Assembly (NCBI GenBank): GCA_951406725.2 | Contig: OX597832.1 | Span: forward strand, 55,924,001 to 55,988,000 | Source of the DNA: Octopus vulgaris | Taxonomy: Eukaryota | Direction of reading: 5' to 3' | DNA length: 64,000 bases | Shown: positions 13,183-30,951 of the stretch, piece by piece | How positions within the stretch are numbered: position 1 is the stretch's first letter | Layout: each line of letters starts with the position of its first letter | The notes under the pieces: model-generated | The model's input: only the letters and a program-made list of their open reading frames with translations | The model's database searches: none | What the model was told of the DNA's origin: nothing | Made by a program: the position numbers and the translations under genes

Positions 13183-13849
13183 GGAGAAAGAGAGAGAGAA
13201 ATAGAGAGAGAGAGAAATAAAGCACACACATACACACACACATACACTCACATGTCTTCCACTCTTCAATTTAAGTCGACGAACCAATTTCAACTCCCGT
13301 CGCTCTTAACCATTTTAATTCGCTTACTGTTCCAAATAGCTTCCAAGCTTAAACGAATATATAAATAAACGGACTAATCGCGCCATAATCAAACGCTGTT
13401 TCTACCATAAATCTAAAACCATTGTGCCGATGAAAAAAAAAAAAAATTGATTTTCGATAGAATTTACTTAGACTAACAAGATGTCTGGCTCCATGTAAGT
13501 ATTAGTAACAATCAACTGACATAATAAGAGATTGATAGTTACTATGCAAACGTTACAGATATGAACGGCCGCAACACGAAATAGCCGAATCATTTATTTT
13601 CGTTGTAAACAGCTTACGTCACATCTATGATGCTGTCAGTCTCTTCTTGTTTTTTTTTTCTGTTTTGTTTTCTTTCTCCCATTTCTTTTCTTCCATAAAG
13701 GAATTCTAGTTATGCGGATTTCAGATGTATATACGTATATGTGTGCGTGGGTGTGTATGTGTGCGTGGGTGTGTATGTGTGCGTGGGTGTGTATCTGTGC
13801 CTGTGTACGTGAGCGTGTGTGTGTTTGTATATGAATACATATATTAACA

Positions 13850-13901
<52 letters not shown>

Positions 13902-13978
13902 TAAACATATATGTGTGTAACTATGTATATATATATATACTACAAAATTAGAAAATGGAGAAACATACTTAAATCAAT

Positions 13979-14023
<45 letters not shown>

Positions 14024-14090
14024 ACATATATGTGATTAAGTATATAACAATGTACATATACATCTACATACAGATAAATATATATATATG

Positions 14091-14162
<72 letters not shown>

Positions 14163-14174
14163 ATATATATCTTC

Positions 14175-14397
14175 GGCAAACCGTTCCAATCAACGGAACA
14201 GCCTGCTCGTGAAATTAACGTGCAAGTGGCCGAGCATTCCTCAGAAACAGGAAGAAAGAGTGAAAGAGTGAAGCTGGTGGTGAAAGAGTACTGCAGGGTT
14301 CGCCCACACCACCCCTGCCGGAGCTTCGTGGAGCTTTTAAGTGTTTTCGCTCAATAAACACAACGCCCAGTCTGGGAATCGAAACCGCGATCCTACG
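14175..14397 (-). mobile_element. Composite of older tRNA-derived SINE fragments
   Basis: The minus-strand B-box-like GGTTTCGATTCCCAGAC and body are related to family C. 14185-14245 is the reverse complement of about 45870-45940. Confidence 0.6.
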
Positions 14398-15052
14398 TGC
14401 ATGTGTGTGTATGTGAGGGGTAGTTTGTGTGTGTGTGTGTGTATGCGAGCGTGTGTGCGTGCATGTGTGTGTATGTGAGTGGTAGTTTGTGCGTGTGTTT
14501 GTGTGTGTGCAGGCGTGTTCGTGCATGTGTGTGTATGTGTAGTTTGTGTGTGTGTATCTATGTGGGCGTGTGTGCGTGCATGTGTGTGAGTGTATGCGGG
14601 GGTGTGTGCGTGCATGTGTGTGTGCGGCGTGTGTGTGTGTGTGTGTGTGTGTGAGGGGTAGTTTGTGTGTGTGTGTGTATGCGAGCGTGTGTGCGTGCAT
14701 GTGTGTGTATGTGAGTGGTAGTTTGTGCGTGTGTTTGTATGTGTGCAGGTGTGTTCGTGCATGTGTGTGTATGTGTAGTTTGTGTGTGTGTATCTATGTG
14801 GGCGTGTGTGCGTGCATCTGTGTGTGTGTGTGTGTTTGTGCGGCGTGTGTGCGTGCATGTGTGTGTATGTGAGTGGTAGTTTGTGTGTGTGTTTGTGTGT
14901 GTGCAGGCGTGTTCGTGCATGTGTGTGTTTGTGTAGTTTGTGTGTGTGTATCTATGTGGGCGTGTGGGCGTGCATGTGTGTGTATCCGGGCGTGTGTGCG
15001 TGCATGTATGTGTGTGCGGGCGTGTGTGCGTGCATGTGTGTGTATGTGAGGG

Positions 15053-15114
<62 letters not shown>

Positions 15115-15138
15115 CGTGCATGTGTGTGAGTGTGCGTG
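14397..15138. repeat. Higher-order (GT)-derived minisatellite
   Basis: The block GTGAGTGGTAGTTTG...GCAGGCGTGTTCGTGCAT...TATCTATGTGGGCG recurs three times (near 14475, 14710 and 14870). Confidence 0.85.
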
Positions 15139-15346
15139 AATGGGGGATAAAAAATGATTTAGCTAGTTCACAGAAGCTACTACAAAGCCTATATTTAAAC
15201 TGAAATTTTACAAGCTTTTACTTCGTTCTTCATCCGCCCAGGATGGACTAAATAACTCCCAGTTAACGCATTGTGTTAGTATGCACCGACTGTACTCTCT
15301 CCGTACATATGGCTACAAAAAGAAGTCATTATTACATTGTTAGTTA

Positions 15347-16075
15347 AGGCGGCGAGATGGTAGAATCGGCAGCACGCTAGACAAAATGCCAGCGGCGAGC
15401 TGGCAGAAACGTTAGCACGCCGAGCGAAATGCGTAGCCGTTTTTCGTCTGCCGTTACGTTCTGAGTTCAAATTCCACCGAGGTCAACTTTGCCTTTCATC
15501 CTTTCTGGGTCGATTAAATAAGTACCAGTTACGCACTGGGGTCGATTTAATCGACTTAATCCGTTTTGTCTGTCCTTGTTTGTCCTCTCTGTGTTTAGCC
15601 TCTTGTGGGTAGTAAAGAAATAGGTATTTCGTCTGCCGCTACGTTCTGAGTTCAAATTCCGCCGAGGTCGACTTTGCCTTTCATCCTTTCGGGGTCGATT
15701 AAGTAAGTACCAGTTACGCACTGGGGTCGATGTAATCGAATTAATCCGTTTTGTCTGTCCTTGTTTGTCCTCTCTGTGTTTAGCCCCTTGTGGGTAGTAA
15801 AGAAATAGGTATTTCGTCTGCCGCTACGTTCTGAGTTCAAATTCCGCCGAGGTCGACTTTGCCTTTCATCCTTTCGGGGTCGATTAAGTAAGTACCAGTT
15901 ACGCACTGGGGTCGATGTAATCGAATTAATCCGTTTGTCTGTCCTTGTTTGTCCTCTCTGTGTTTAGCCCCTTGTGGGTAGTAAAGAAATAGGTATTTCG
16001 CCCGTCGCTACGTTATGAGCTCAAATTCCGCCGAAGTCGACTTTGCCTTTCATCCTTTCGGGGTCGATAAAATAA
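15347..16075 (+). mobile_element. SINE family A multimer (two heads, four bodies; ~185-bp period)
   Basis: Units restart at GGTATTTCG after the AAAGAAATA tail. A 14-bp direct repeat ATTATTACATTGTT lies at 15328-15341 and 16088-16101. Confidence 0.9.
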
Positions 16076-16860
16076 AAATTTGAAATAATTATTACATTGT
16101 TGCTTGACCTCTTTTCCACAAAGGAAGGTAGATATCACTCACACGTGTATCTTTATATGTGTAATGTATAGGGCCGTTGTATATATATATATGCATATAC
16201 ATATAAATACATTTCTAATCTCACAATTTATGTGCGTTTGTATGTCATAACCACATCGATCCAGATTTGACCGCCGCCACTGTGTAATTCTTTAATAATT
16301 ATATGCTTTCTACCAAATCCTCGAGGCCAAACCTGTGTGTGACATTTTGACAGTCAAGCACGTTAATTGGCTTTGTCGTTAAAGCGTTGGATAAAATGGG
16401 CTGCGAAGTTTGTAGCGGTTTCGGCGCTCAAGTTTCAAATCCAGCATTGGCCAACCATCCTTTTCAATCTTACGGGAAGTCGATAAATAGAGTACCAATT
16501 TAGTGCACGTGGTACTCTCTTCTTTCAGCTGTCATATCTTGAATGCTCTGCTAAATCAAGTGTTGTGAGAGGGACGAAACATGTGTGGGAGGGACGAAAC
16601 ACCTACAATATTTATGATTAAAATTTAAGAGATAGTTAGTTTCTATTTCAAGCATAAAGGCTGCTACATTGGTTCGGTAAAGAATAATAAGATAAGCTGA
16701 CATGATTCCTCACTGTCCCTCATCACGTGATCCATTTTTCATGATCAGCAAGATCTTTGCAAATGAAGAACCTGAGTGGGGGCGCTTTAGTGTATAACAG
16801 CTTCATTTAATAGCTTCTGAAAGTTTCAAAAATTATATAGATATTATGTATACGTGTATC

Positions 16861-17154
16861 GTGGAGGCACATGGCCTAGTGTTTAGAGCAGTGGACTCGC
16901 GGTCGAGGGATCGCGGGTTCGAATCTCAGACCGGGTGATGTGTGTATTTATGAGCGAAAAACCTAAGCTCCACGCGACTCCGGCAGAAGGTAATGGCGAA
17001 ATTCTGCGGACTCTTTCGCCAGAACTTTCTCTCACTCTTTCCCCCTGCATCTGCACCTCACCTGCGGCGTCCCGTCCAGGTGGGGAACCTATACGCCAAG
17101 GAAACCGGGAAACCGATCCTTATGAGCCAGGCATGGCTCGAGAAGGAACAAACA
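16861..17154 (+). mobile_element. tRNA(Arg)-like SINE, family C (~290 bp)
   Basis: A box TGGCCTAGTG, TCG at the anticodon position, B box GGTTCGAATCTC and (AAC)-type tail. Probable TSD TACGTGTATC (16851) / TACGTATATC (17156). Confidence 0.88.
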
Positions 17155-17444
17155 GTACGTATATCTCTTTCCGAAATAAATATACAATTCATTTTAAATG
17201 GCTCCGAGGAAGCTATAAGATGTTACATAAAAATTCAGTTTTGAATGCACTGCATCCTATAGCAGAAACAACTGAAAGCTTATGAAAGTAATAACATAAT
17301 TCTTCTTCTTTTGTCCTTCTTTAATTGATATCAGTTTCAAATTTTGGCACAAGGCCAGCAAGATCTACATCGACCCCAAGTTTCAACATATAAATGTATA
17401 TCCATATTTATATATGTGTGAGTGTATACATACATTCATAAGTA

Positions 17445-17688
17445 TGTGTGTGTTGTGTGTGTCGTTGTATCTGCGTTTGTCACCCACCACCGCTTGACAA
17501 CCGGTGTTGACGTATTTACGTCTCCATGACTTGGTGGTTCGGCAAAGGAGGCGGAGAGAATAAGTCCGAGGCGGCTTTCAAAAATAATAATGTACTGAGG
17601 TCGATTCATTCGAGAAAAAACAAATTCTTCCAGGCGTGCTCCAGCATGGTCGCAGTCTAACGATTGAAACAAGTAAAAGATAAAAGAT
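17445..17688 (+). mobile_element. 5'-truncated SINE family B
   Basis: Matches the 3' half of 5889-6288. Confidence 0.8.
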
Positions 17689-17854
17689 ATACAAAGTATA
17701 ACTATACGCTGTATGCACACACACGCACACACATGCACAAACACACACAAACGCACACACGCAAACACACACACAACACACGCACACAAACACACACAAC
17801 ACACGCATACAAACACACAAAACACACACACACAAACACATACACAAACACACA

Positions 17855-17910
<56 letters not shown>

Positions 17911-18045
17911 CAAACACACACACATACACAAACACACACACATACACAAACACACACACACGCACAAACACACACACACACAACACACACCCAAACACAC
18001 ACACATACAAGCATATATATATATATCTATATCAATCTATCTATG

Positions 18046-18108
<63 letters not shown>

Positions 18109-18442
18109 AAGGTTATAGATGATTACACGAACATAATCAAAGTAATAAATACATACATTAGTGCAAAGTATGTAAGGAAAGTATTATTCTCAGCGTTTAT
18201 GTACATCGCGACTTGGTCTCTTGTATTGGGAAATGTCTGAATAATCGTTAGACAAGGAGGCCATAACATCGCAACATAAATATCTTAATTACGCAAATAG
18301 CATAAATACGCTACCAAGATATTTGTGTTAAGCGGTTGTGCTTTGTTCGTCTGGCGATTCTCCGGAAATTTCTGAACATGAAACTTTATACAGACCCATT
18401 AAAAGTACTAGTTTCATTATATATACATATACATGTATGCAT

Positions 18443-18536
<94 letters not shown>

Positions 18537-18565
18537 ACAATTGCATAAACATACATATATACATA

Positions 18566-18775
18566 CGTGGCTGTGCTGAAAAGTTCCTGGCTTTGGATAA
18601 AAGGAAATACAGAAGGATCAATTGTGATTTTATTCCACCTAGGCCCCTCTCAGATTCACGCACTTATTGCAGCGGTCCTTCAGTATTTCTAAGCCCTGTA
18701 AAAGAACTCGGATGGTTGGGCCCTCAACCAGGCTTTTCACGAGACCCTTCAAACCAAGATTTCTGCACCCACTCG
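18566..18775 (-). mobile_element. Mariner-derived MITE (~210 bp)
   Basis: TA on both sides and imperfect TIRs (CGTGGCTGTGCTGAAAAGTTCCTGG / CCAAGATTTCTGCACCCACTCG). Internal minus-strand [20 protein letters not shown] resembles a mariner transposase C-terminus. Confidence 0.72.
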
Positions 18776-18874
18776 TATATACAGAGAGAGAGAGAGAGTC
18801 AACCAGACAAACAGACAGACAGACAGATAGATAGAGAGAGAGAGAGAGAAAGATAGATAGATGGATAGATAGAT

Positions 18875-18937
<63 letters not shown>

Positions 18938-18944
18938 AAAAAAT

Positions 18945-19272
<328 letters not shown>

Positions 19273-19337
19273 AATATTACATATATGTGTGTGTGTGTGT
19301 GTGAATGTATGTGTGTGTGTGTGTTTGTGTGTGTGTT

Positions 19338-19418
<81 letters not shown>

Positions 19419-19561
19419 GCGGTAAATTCAGAAACAAAGGGTTGGTCAATCAACCAATACCTAGACGCAAAATTTTAAACACATTTTAAAAAATACACAT
19501 ACATTAATACAATTTAATGCAGATCAATAAATCTATATATATATAAATCCTTAAATCCTTA

Positions 19562-20172
19562 AAAATGTTTCAGCCCGAAAGCTGTGGTCATGCTGGGGCA
19601 CCACCGTTGATTGTCCTACGCTAGCATGTGAAACACTCTCTGATACGTAGCACTTGGTCAACAAGGGAGTTCGACGCCGCTGCCCTCATCTGTGTTTCCT
19701 GCCGAGAGGTAGGTTCATCTGGAACCCCTGACAAGAAGAGATCGAGTGTAGTTTTTTAAAAACCCACATCCACACCATGCAGGTCTCTGAGGCATTTAGG
19801 AAGGATATTGAAGAGCTGTGGTCCGCTGAAACCCAAGCTGTTGCAGTATCTGGTCCTGTATTTTGATGGTGAAGTTGGGACCTTTGGGACCATGCAGTGG
19901 CGCCCCGTTCTGCTGTTGGGGTAACTTTCCTGCCGAGAGGTAGGTTCATCTGGAACCCCTGACAAGAAGAGATCGAGTTTAGTTTTAAAGAAACCCACAT
20001 GCATACCATGAAGGTCTCTCAGGTATTTAGGAAGGATATTGAAGAGCTGTGATCCCCTGAAACCCGAGCTGTTGCAGTATCTGATCCTGTATTTTAATGG
20101 TGATGTTGGGATCTTCGGCACCATGCAGTGGCGCCCCGTTCTGCTGTTGGGGTAACTTTCAATGCCACACAT
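19562..20172 (-). mobile_element. CR1/L2-group LINE 3' end with an in-frame 231-bp tandem duplication
   Basis: The minus strand gives GPQLFNILPK.LRD...FKTKLDLFLSGVPDEP...RAAASNSL, an ORF2 C-terminal pattern, present twice (19695-19925 and 19926-20156). One copy has a stop codon. The element ends in a 3' stem-loop tail. Confidence 0.8.
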
Positions 20173-20671
20173 AAGGATAAAGATAAAAATTTAGATTAAA
20201 AGAATGTAAAAATATCCGAGGTGTAAAATAAGGTAAAACATAGATGGATTATGTAAGACAACAGCAGGAAAGCGTCTAGGTCATCAAGTAGCAAAAAAAA
20301 AAAAAAAATACGAGAAATTTTTTTAACAGTTCAAAGATTAAAGATAAAGGAAATGTCCTGTCATTCTGAATTTACCTCTTAAATTATCGTTCGTCTCGGA
20401 TATTCCGAGCACTTCTCAGTTGCAGCCCATATATATCGAAAGAAAGATTTGATAGTAATGGTTGTCTACTTCTTATGCAGAGTTTGACCACCTCCTGTAC
20501 CTACATTTTAGAACCATCATGGCGTCTGATGTGGATTTTTAAACCAGACAATGTTTCGAAAAGACAATCCACATAGGCTGCATATCCGATTTGGGCCACC
20601 AAGAACTACAGTTAAGTTCTGATATTTCTGGATCTTTAAATGTCTTTTGAGGCCTCTGTTAGATTTGCAGA

Positions 20672-20702
<31 letters not shown>

Positions 20703-20705
<3 letters not shown>

Positions 20706-20931
20706 TTACTACCCACAAGGGGCTAACCACAGAGGGGACAAACAAGGACAGACAGAGGGATTAAGTCGATTACATCGACCCCAGTGCATAACTGGTACTT
20801 AATTTATCGACCCCGAAAGGATGACAGGCAAAGTCGACCTCGGTGGAACTTGAACTCGGAACGTAATGACAGACGAAATACGGCTACGCATTTCGCCCGG
20901 CGTGCTAACGTTTCTGCCAGCTCGCCGCCTT
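20703..20931 (-). mobile_element. SINE family A monomer
   Basis: Full-length reverse-complement copy, from GGCGGCGAGCTGG to GTAAAGA. Confidence 0.9.
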
Positions 20932-20932
20932 A

Positions 20933-20963
<31 letters not shown>

Positions 20964-21030
20964 TGTATGTATGTATGTATGTATGTATGTATGTATGTAT
21001 GTATGTATGTATATCAGTGTGTGTGTGTGT

Positions 21031-21222
21031 GCTATGCCTTCAGAGAACTATATATTCAGAGAGCATTGCCTTCAGAGACACATATCTTCAAAAGGCTATG
21101 CCTTCCGAGAGCTTTATCAACAGAGAGCAATAGCTCCATAAAGATATGTGTACAGAGAACTATGCCTTCACAGTGCGATATCTACAGAGAGCTATGCGTA
21201 CAGAGAGCTATGTTTTCAGAGA
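21031..21222. repeat. Degenerate 16-bp minisatellite, 12 units (consensus GCTATGCCTTCAGAGA)
   Basis: An exact 16-bp phase can be read through all 12 units. Confidence 0.85.
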
Positions 21223-21444
21223 GCCAGAGGAGAAGTGAGGGGCCAAGATATATAGAAAGGGGATAAATTCGAAGACAAAAGCCTTGTTGTTGCTGTCATG
21301 GACCATGTTTGGGGGTTAATAAGATATCTGTGAATTAATTGCTATCGGAGGTTATCACGTGTTTCACATCGTAATAATTGTAATATTGAGATTTGTATAT
21401 TTGCTGAGAAGTTTACCCAAATATACGTGGGAGATTGTGTCCAC

Positions 21445-27441
<5,997 letters not shown>

Positions 27442-27443
<2 letters not shown>

Positions 27444-27712
27444 CTTTATTGCCCACAGGGGGCTAAGCATAGAGGGGACAAACAAGGACAGACATAGAGA
27501 TTAAGTCGATTAGATCAACCCCAGTGCGTAACTGGTACGTACTTATTCCGAAAGGAATGAAAGGCAAAGAGTCGACCTCGGCGGAATTTGAACTTAGAAC
27601 ATAAAGACAGACAAAATACCACTAAACATTTTGCGCGGCATGCTAACGTTTTTTATTTCTTTATTACCCACAAGGCACTAAACATACAGGGGACAAACAA
27701 GGACAGACAAAG
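27442..27712 (-). mobile_element. SINE family A, partial dimer
   Basis: Family A similarity, with a unit junction near 27650. Confidence 0.8.
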
Positions 27713-28040
27713 AGATATATCGGCTGCATGTGGTTTACCTGGAATTTGTCGGAGATATCCCTCCAGGATATAATGTTCGAATGTTATAAGATCTTCTCCT
27801 TCTCTTGTGTGTCTCGGCGTAATGTTACAAAGAGCGGAGTCAGTTGCTGTGAAATTGTTCTGTTTTCAAGTGTTGTGGTGTGACACGATGAAATTGTAAG
27901 TCGATGCCAACATCATTTGGGAATGCTGTTGGGATAGCAAATGATATTGCGCTCAGATATATAGATTGACAGACAGACAGACATACATACAGACAGACAG
28001 ACAGATAGATAGGTGATAGATAGAGACAGACACACAGATT

Positions 28041-28106
<66 letters not shown>

Positions 28107-28123
28107 GACAGACACACAGATAA

Positions 28124-28155
<32 letters not shown>

Positions 28156-28200
28156 TAGATAGAGACAGATAGATAGATATGTAGATAGATAGACACACAC

Positions 28201-28269
<69 letters not shown>

Positions 28270-28577
28270 CATACATACATACATACATACATACATACAT
28301 ACATACATACATACATACATACATACATAGGTAGATAGATAGATAGATAGATAGATAAATATGTTTCGATGACTAGATAGATAGATGACCATAGAATTCG
28401 CGTGAGCGCGCATGCCCATACCTACACGCGATTACTATGAACATTTTTACTCGCTACCTCTACTCCGTCCCTTCACTTAGCGGTCATTCTAATCGCTCTT
28501 TTGTTTTAATAACGGTCAATCACACAGTAATTTCCCTTTGTTTAACGGTCATTTTCATTGCATTTTTTCGATGGCCC

Positions 28578-28638
28578 GATAACTGAAGAGATGCCGGCGT
28601 GGGTTTCCGTCCCGACATCCGAAACTCGGAGTTTTATC
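28578..28638 (+). ncRNA. Type I hammerhead ribozyme motif (family P3)
   Basis: GAUAA CUGAAGA GAUG-CCGG..CCGA-CAUC C GAA ACUC G GAGU U UUAUC. Stem I is a perfect 5 bp, stem III is near-palindromic, and the triplet is GUU. There is one extra C before GAAA. Confidence 0.72.
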
Positions 28639-28774
28639 ATGGCTACTGAATAATTGTCACATATTGCATTTACAGATAAATTCCTCTATTTACATAATAT
28701 CGAGGTCTCTTTCATTCTTTTGTTGTCTTACCATTTCTATCAATACATACATATATACATATACATATATATAT

Positions 28775-28915
28775 ATAGGGAGAGTTTACGAAAAAAACAA
28801 AAGACGAAGACAGGTGGAGTACAAAACAAACAGATGTATTAGTATAACGCTCAGGAATAGGAAAAATCTTTTACGTTTCGAGCCCACGCTCTCCTACAGA
28901 AAGAGACACAGAAAA
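28775..28915 (-). mobile_element. PLE-like repeat P2 with a variant minimal hammerhead (28867-28904)
   Basis: Minus strand: UCUUU CUGUAGG A GAGC GUGG GCUC GAA ACGU A AAAGA. Confidence 0.62.
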
Positions 28916-29013
28916 AAACAAGGAAAGAAACAAGGAGAGAAAAAAAGGAGAGAGAAAAAGGACAGAAAAAAACGGAGAGAAAAAAGGAGAGAAAAAAAGG
29001 ATATATATATACG

Positions 29014-29244
29014 TTTCTTTACTACCCACAAGGGGCTAAACATAGAGGGGACAAACAAGGACAGACACACGGATTAAGTCGATTACATCGACCCCAGTGC
29101 GTAACTGGTACTTAATTTATCGACCCCGAAAGGATGAAAGGCAAAGTCGACCTCGGCGGAATTTGAACTCAGAACGTAGCGACGGGTGAAATACCGCGAA
29201 GCACTTCGCCCGGTGTGCTAACGTCTCTGCCAGCTCACCGCCTT
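29014..29244 (-). mobile_element. SINE family A monomer
   Basis: Full-length reverse-complement copy. Confidence 0.9.
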
Positions 29245-29573
29245 ATTTATATATACGCGCACTCACACACACATTCACACACCAACCACACCACACACAC
29301 AAGGTGTTGTGCAACTTAAGCGTAAGACGTAGACTGTTAAATTTGCTAAGAATCCTGAGTCTTTGAATCCTACTCCAAATTGACATTGGAAGTCATTGAC
29401 CCGCCTCACGTTTCCTTTTTCATTTTTTCATATGGCTAATGCCTTGAAACATCGCAACTGCCGTTTCCACATCCATCATACATACAGGAAGTAATTTTGT
29501 TTAAGCAGAAAGAATCCGGTATTCGTAATAATACTCGCATGAATGCATAGAGAAATATACAGATGGAACGCCC

Positions 29574-29619
<46 letters not shown>

Positions 29620-29724
29620 ACACACACACACACACACATACACACACACATACATACATACATACATACATACATACATACATACATACATACATACATA
29701 CATGATTATATGTACATACATATA

Positions 29725-30012
29725 GCGGTTAAAGCAGCGGGCTCGCGGTCGAGGGATCGCGGGTTCGAATCTCAGACCGGGCGATGTGTGTGTTTATGAG
29801 CGAAACACCTAAGCTCCACGCGGCTCCGGTAGAAGGTAATGGCGAACTTCTGCTGACTCATTCGCCACACCTTTCTCTCATTCTTTTCTCCTGCATCTTG
29901 CAGTTCACCTGCAGCGGACCGGCGTCCCATCCAGGTGGGGAACCTATACGCTAAGGAAACCGGGAAACCGGCCCTAATGAGCCGGGCGTGGCTCGAGAAG
30001 GAACAAACAAAC
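29725..30012 (+). mobile_element. SINE family C
   Basis: Matches 16861-17154. Confidence 0.88.
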
Positions 30013-30043
30013 ATATACATTGATATATACATATATGACTAAT

Positions 30044-30249
30044 GTGGCGAGCTGGCCGTGTCGTTAGCATGCCGGGCGAAATACTGTGGGGTATTTCGTC
30101 TGTCTTCACCTTCTGAGTTCAAATGCTGCCAGGATCGACTTTTCCTTTCATCCTTTTGGGGTCGATAAATTAAGTACAAGTTACGCACTAGGGTCGATGT
30201 GATCGACTAGCCCCCTCCCACCAAACTTCAGGCTTCGTACCTATAGTAA

Positions 30250-30250
<1 letters not shown>
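30044..30250 (+). mobile_element. SINE family A (alternative 3' end)
   Basis: The head and core match family A. The tail is of the CCTATAGTA type. Confidence 0.8.
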
Positions 30251-30280
<30 letters not shown>

Positions 30281-30283
30281 GCA

Positions 30284-30342
<59 letters not shown>

Positions 30343-30345
<3 letters not shown>

Positions 30346-30560
30346 CTGTAAATGTAATATATAACAATTATTCGGTAGCCATGATAAAACTCCGTGTTTC
30401 GGATGTCGGGCGGATATCCACGCTGCCATCTCTTTCGTTATCATGGCTACCGAATAATTGTCACATATTGCATTTACAGATAAATTCCTCTATTTACATA
30501 ATAGCGAGATCTCTTCCATTCTTTTGTTGTCTTACCATTTCTATCAGTATATTTATATTG
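30343..30560. mobile_element. Family P3 fold-back copy: 45-bp inverted arms (30343-30387 / 30438-30482) enclosing a mutated hammerhead
   Basis: The minus strand of 30383-30442 is homologous to 28578-28638, with the core changed to CGAAAGA. 30438-30545 matches 28634-28741. Confidence 0.75.
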
Positions 30561-30591
30561 TTGTGTCTGATGTATATACTCTCTTTTCTCT

Positions 30592-30951
30592 CTCTTTTAC
30601 TTGTTTCAGTCATTTGACTGCGGCCATGCTGGAGCACCGCCTTTAATCGAGCCCAGTACTTATTCTATCGGTCTCTTTTGCCGAACCGCTAAGTAACGGG
30701 GACGTAAACACACCAGCATCGGTTGTCAAGCAATGTTAGGGGACAAACACAGACACACAAACACACACACGCATATATACATATATACATATATACGACG
30801 GGCTTCTTTCAGTTTCCGTCTACCAAATCCACTCACAAGGCTTTGGTCGGCCCGAGGCTATAGTAGAAGACACTTGGCCAAGATGCCACGCAGTGGGACT
30901 GAACCCGTAACCGTGTGGTTGGTTAGCAAGCTACTTACCACACAGCCACAC
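30592..30951 (-). mobile_element. SINE family B (internal deletion)
   Basis: Reverse complement of family B. Confidence 0.88.

Noticed and set aside
16861-16935. tRNA-Arg genes at the heads of family C
   Set aside because: There is no proper acceptor stem, and each head continues into a shared SINE body.
21031-21222. CRISPR-like periodicity
   Set aside because: The units are contiguous 16-mers with no unique spacers, there are no cas genes, and the context is eukaryotic.
27740-27960. Possible GIY-YIG C-terminal remnant on the minus strand (EKEKIL / TLYPGGI)
   Set aside because: It needs a frameshift and a stop, and it is too short to support without a search.
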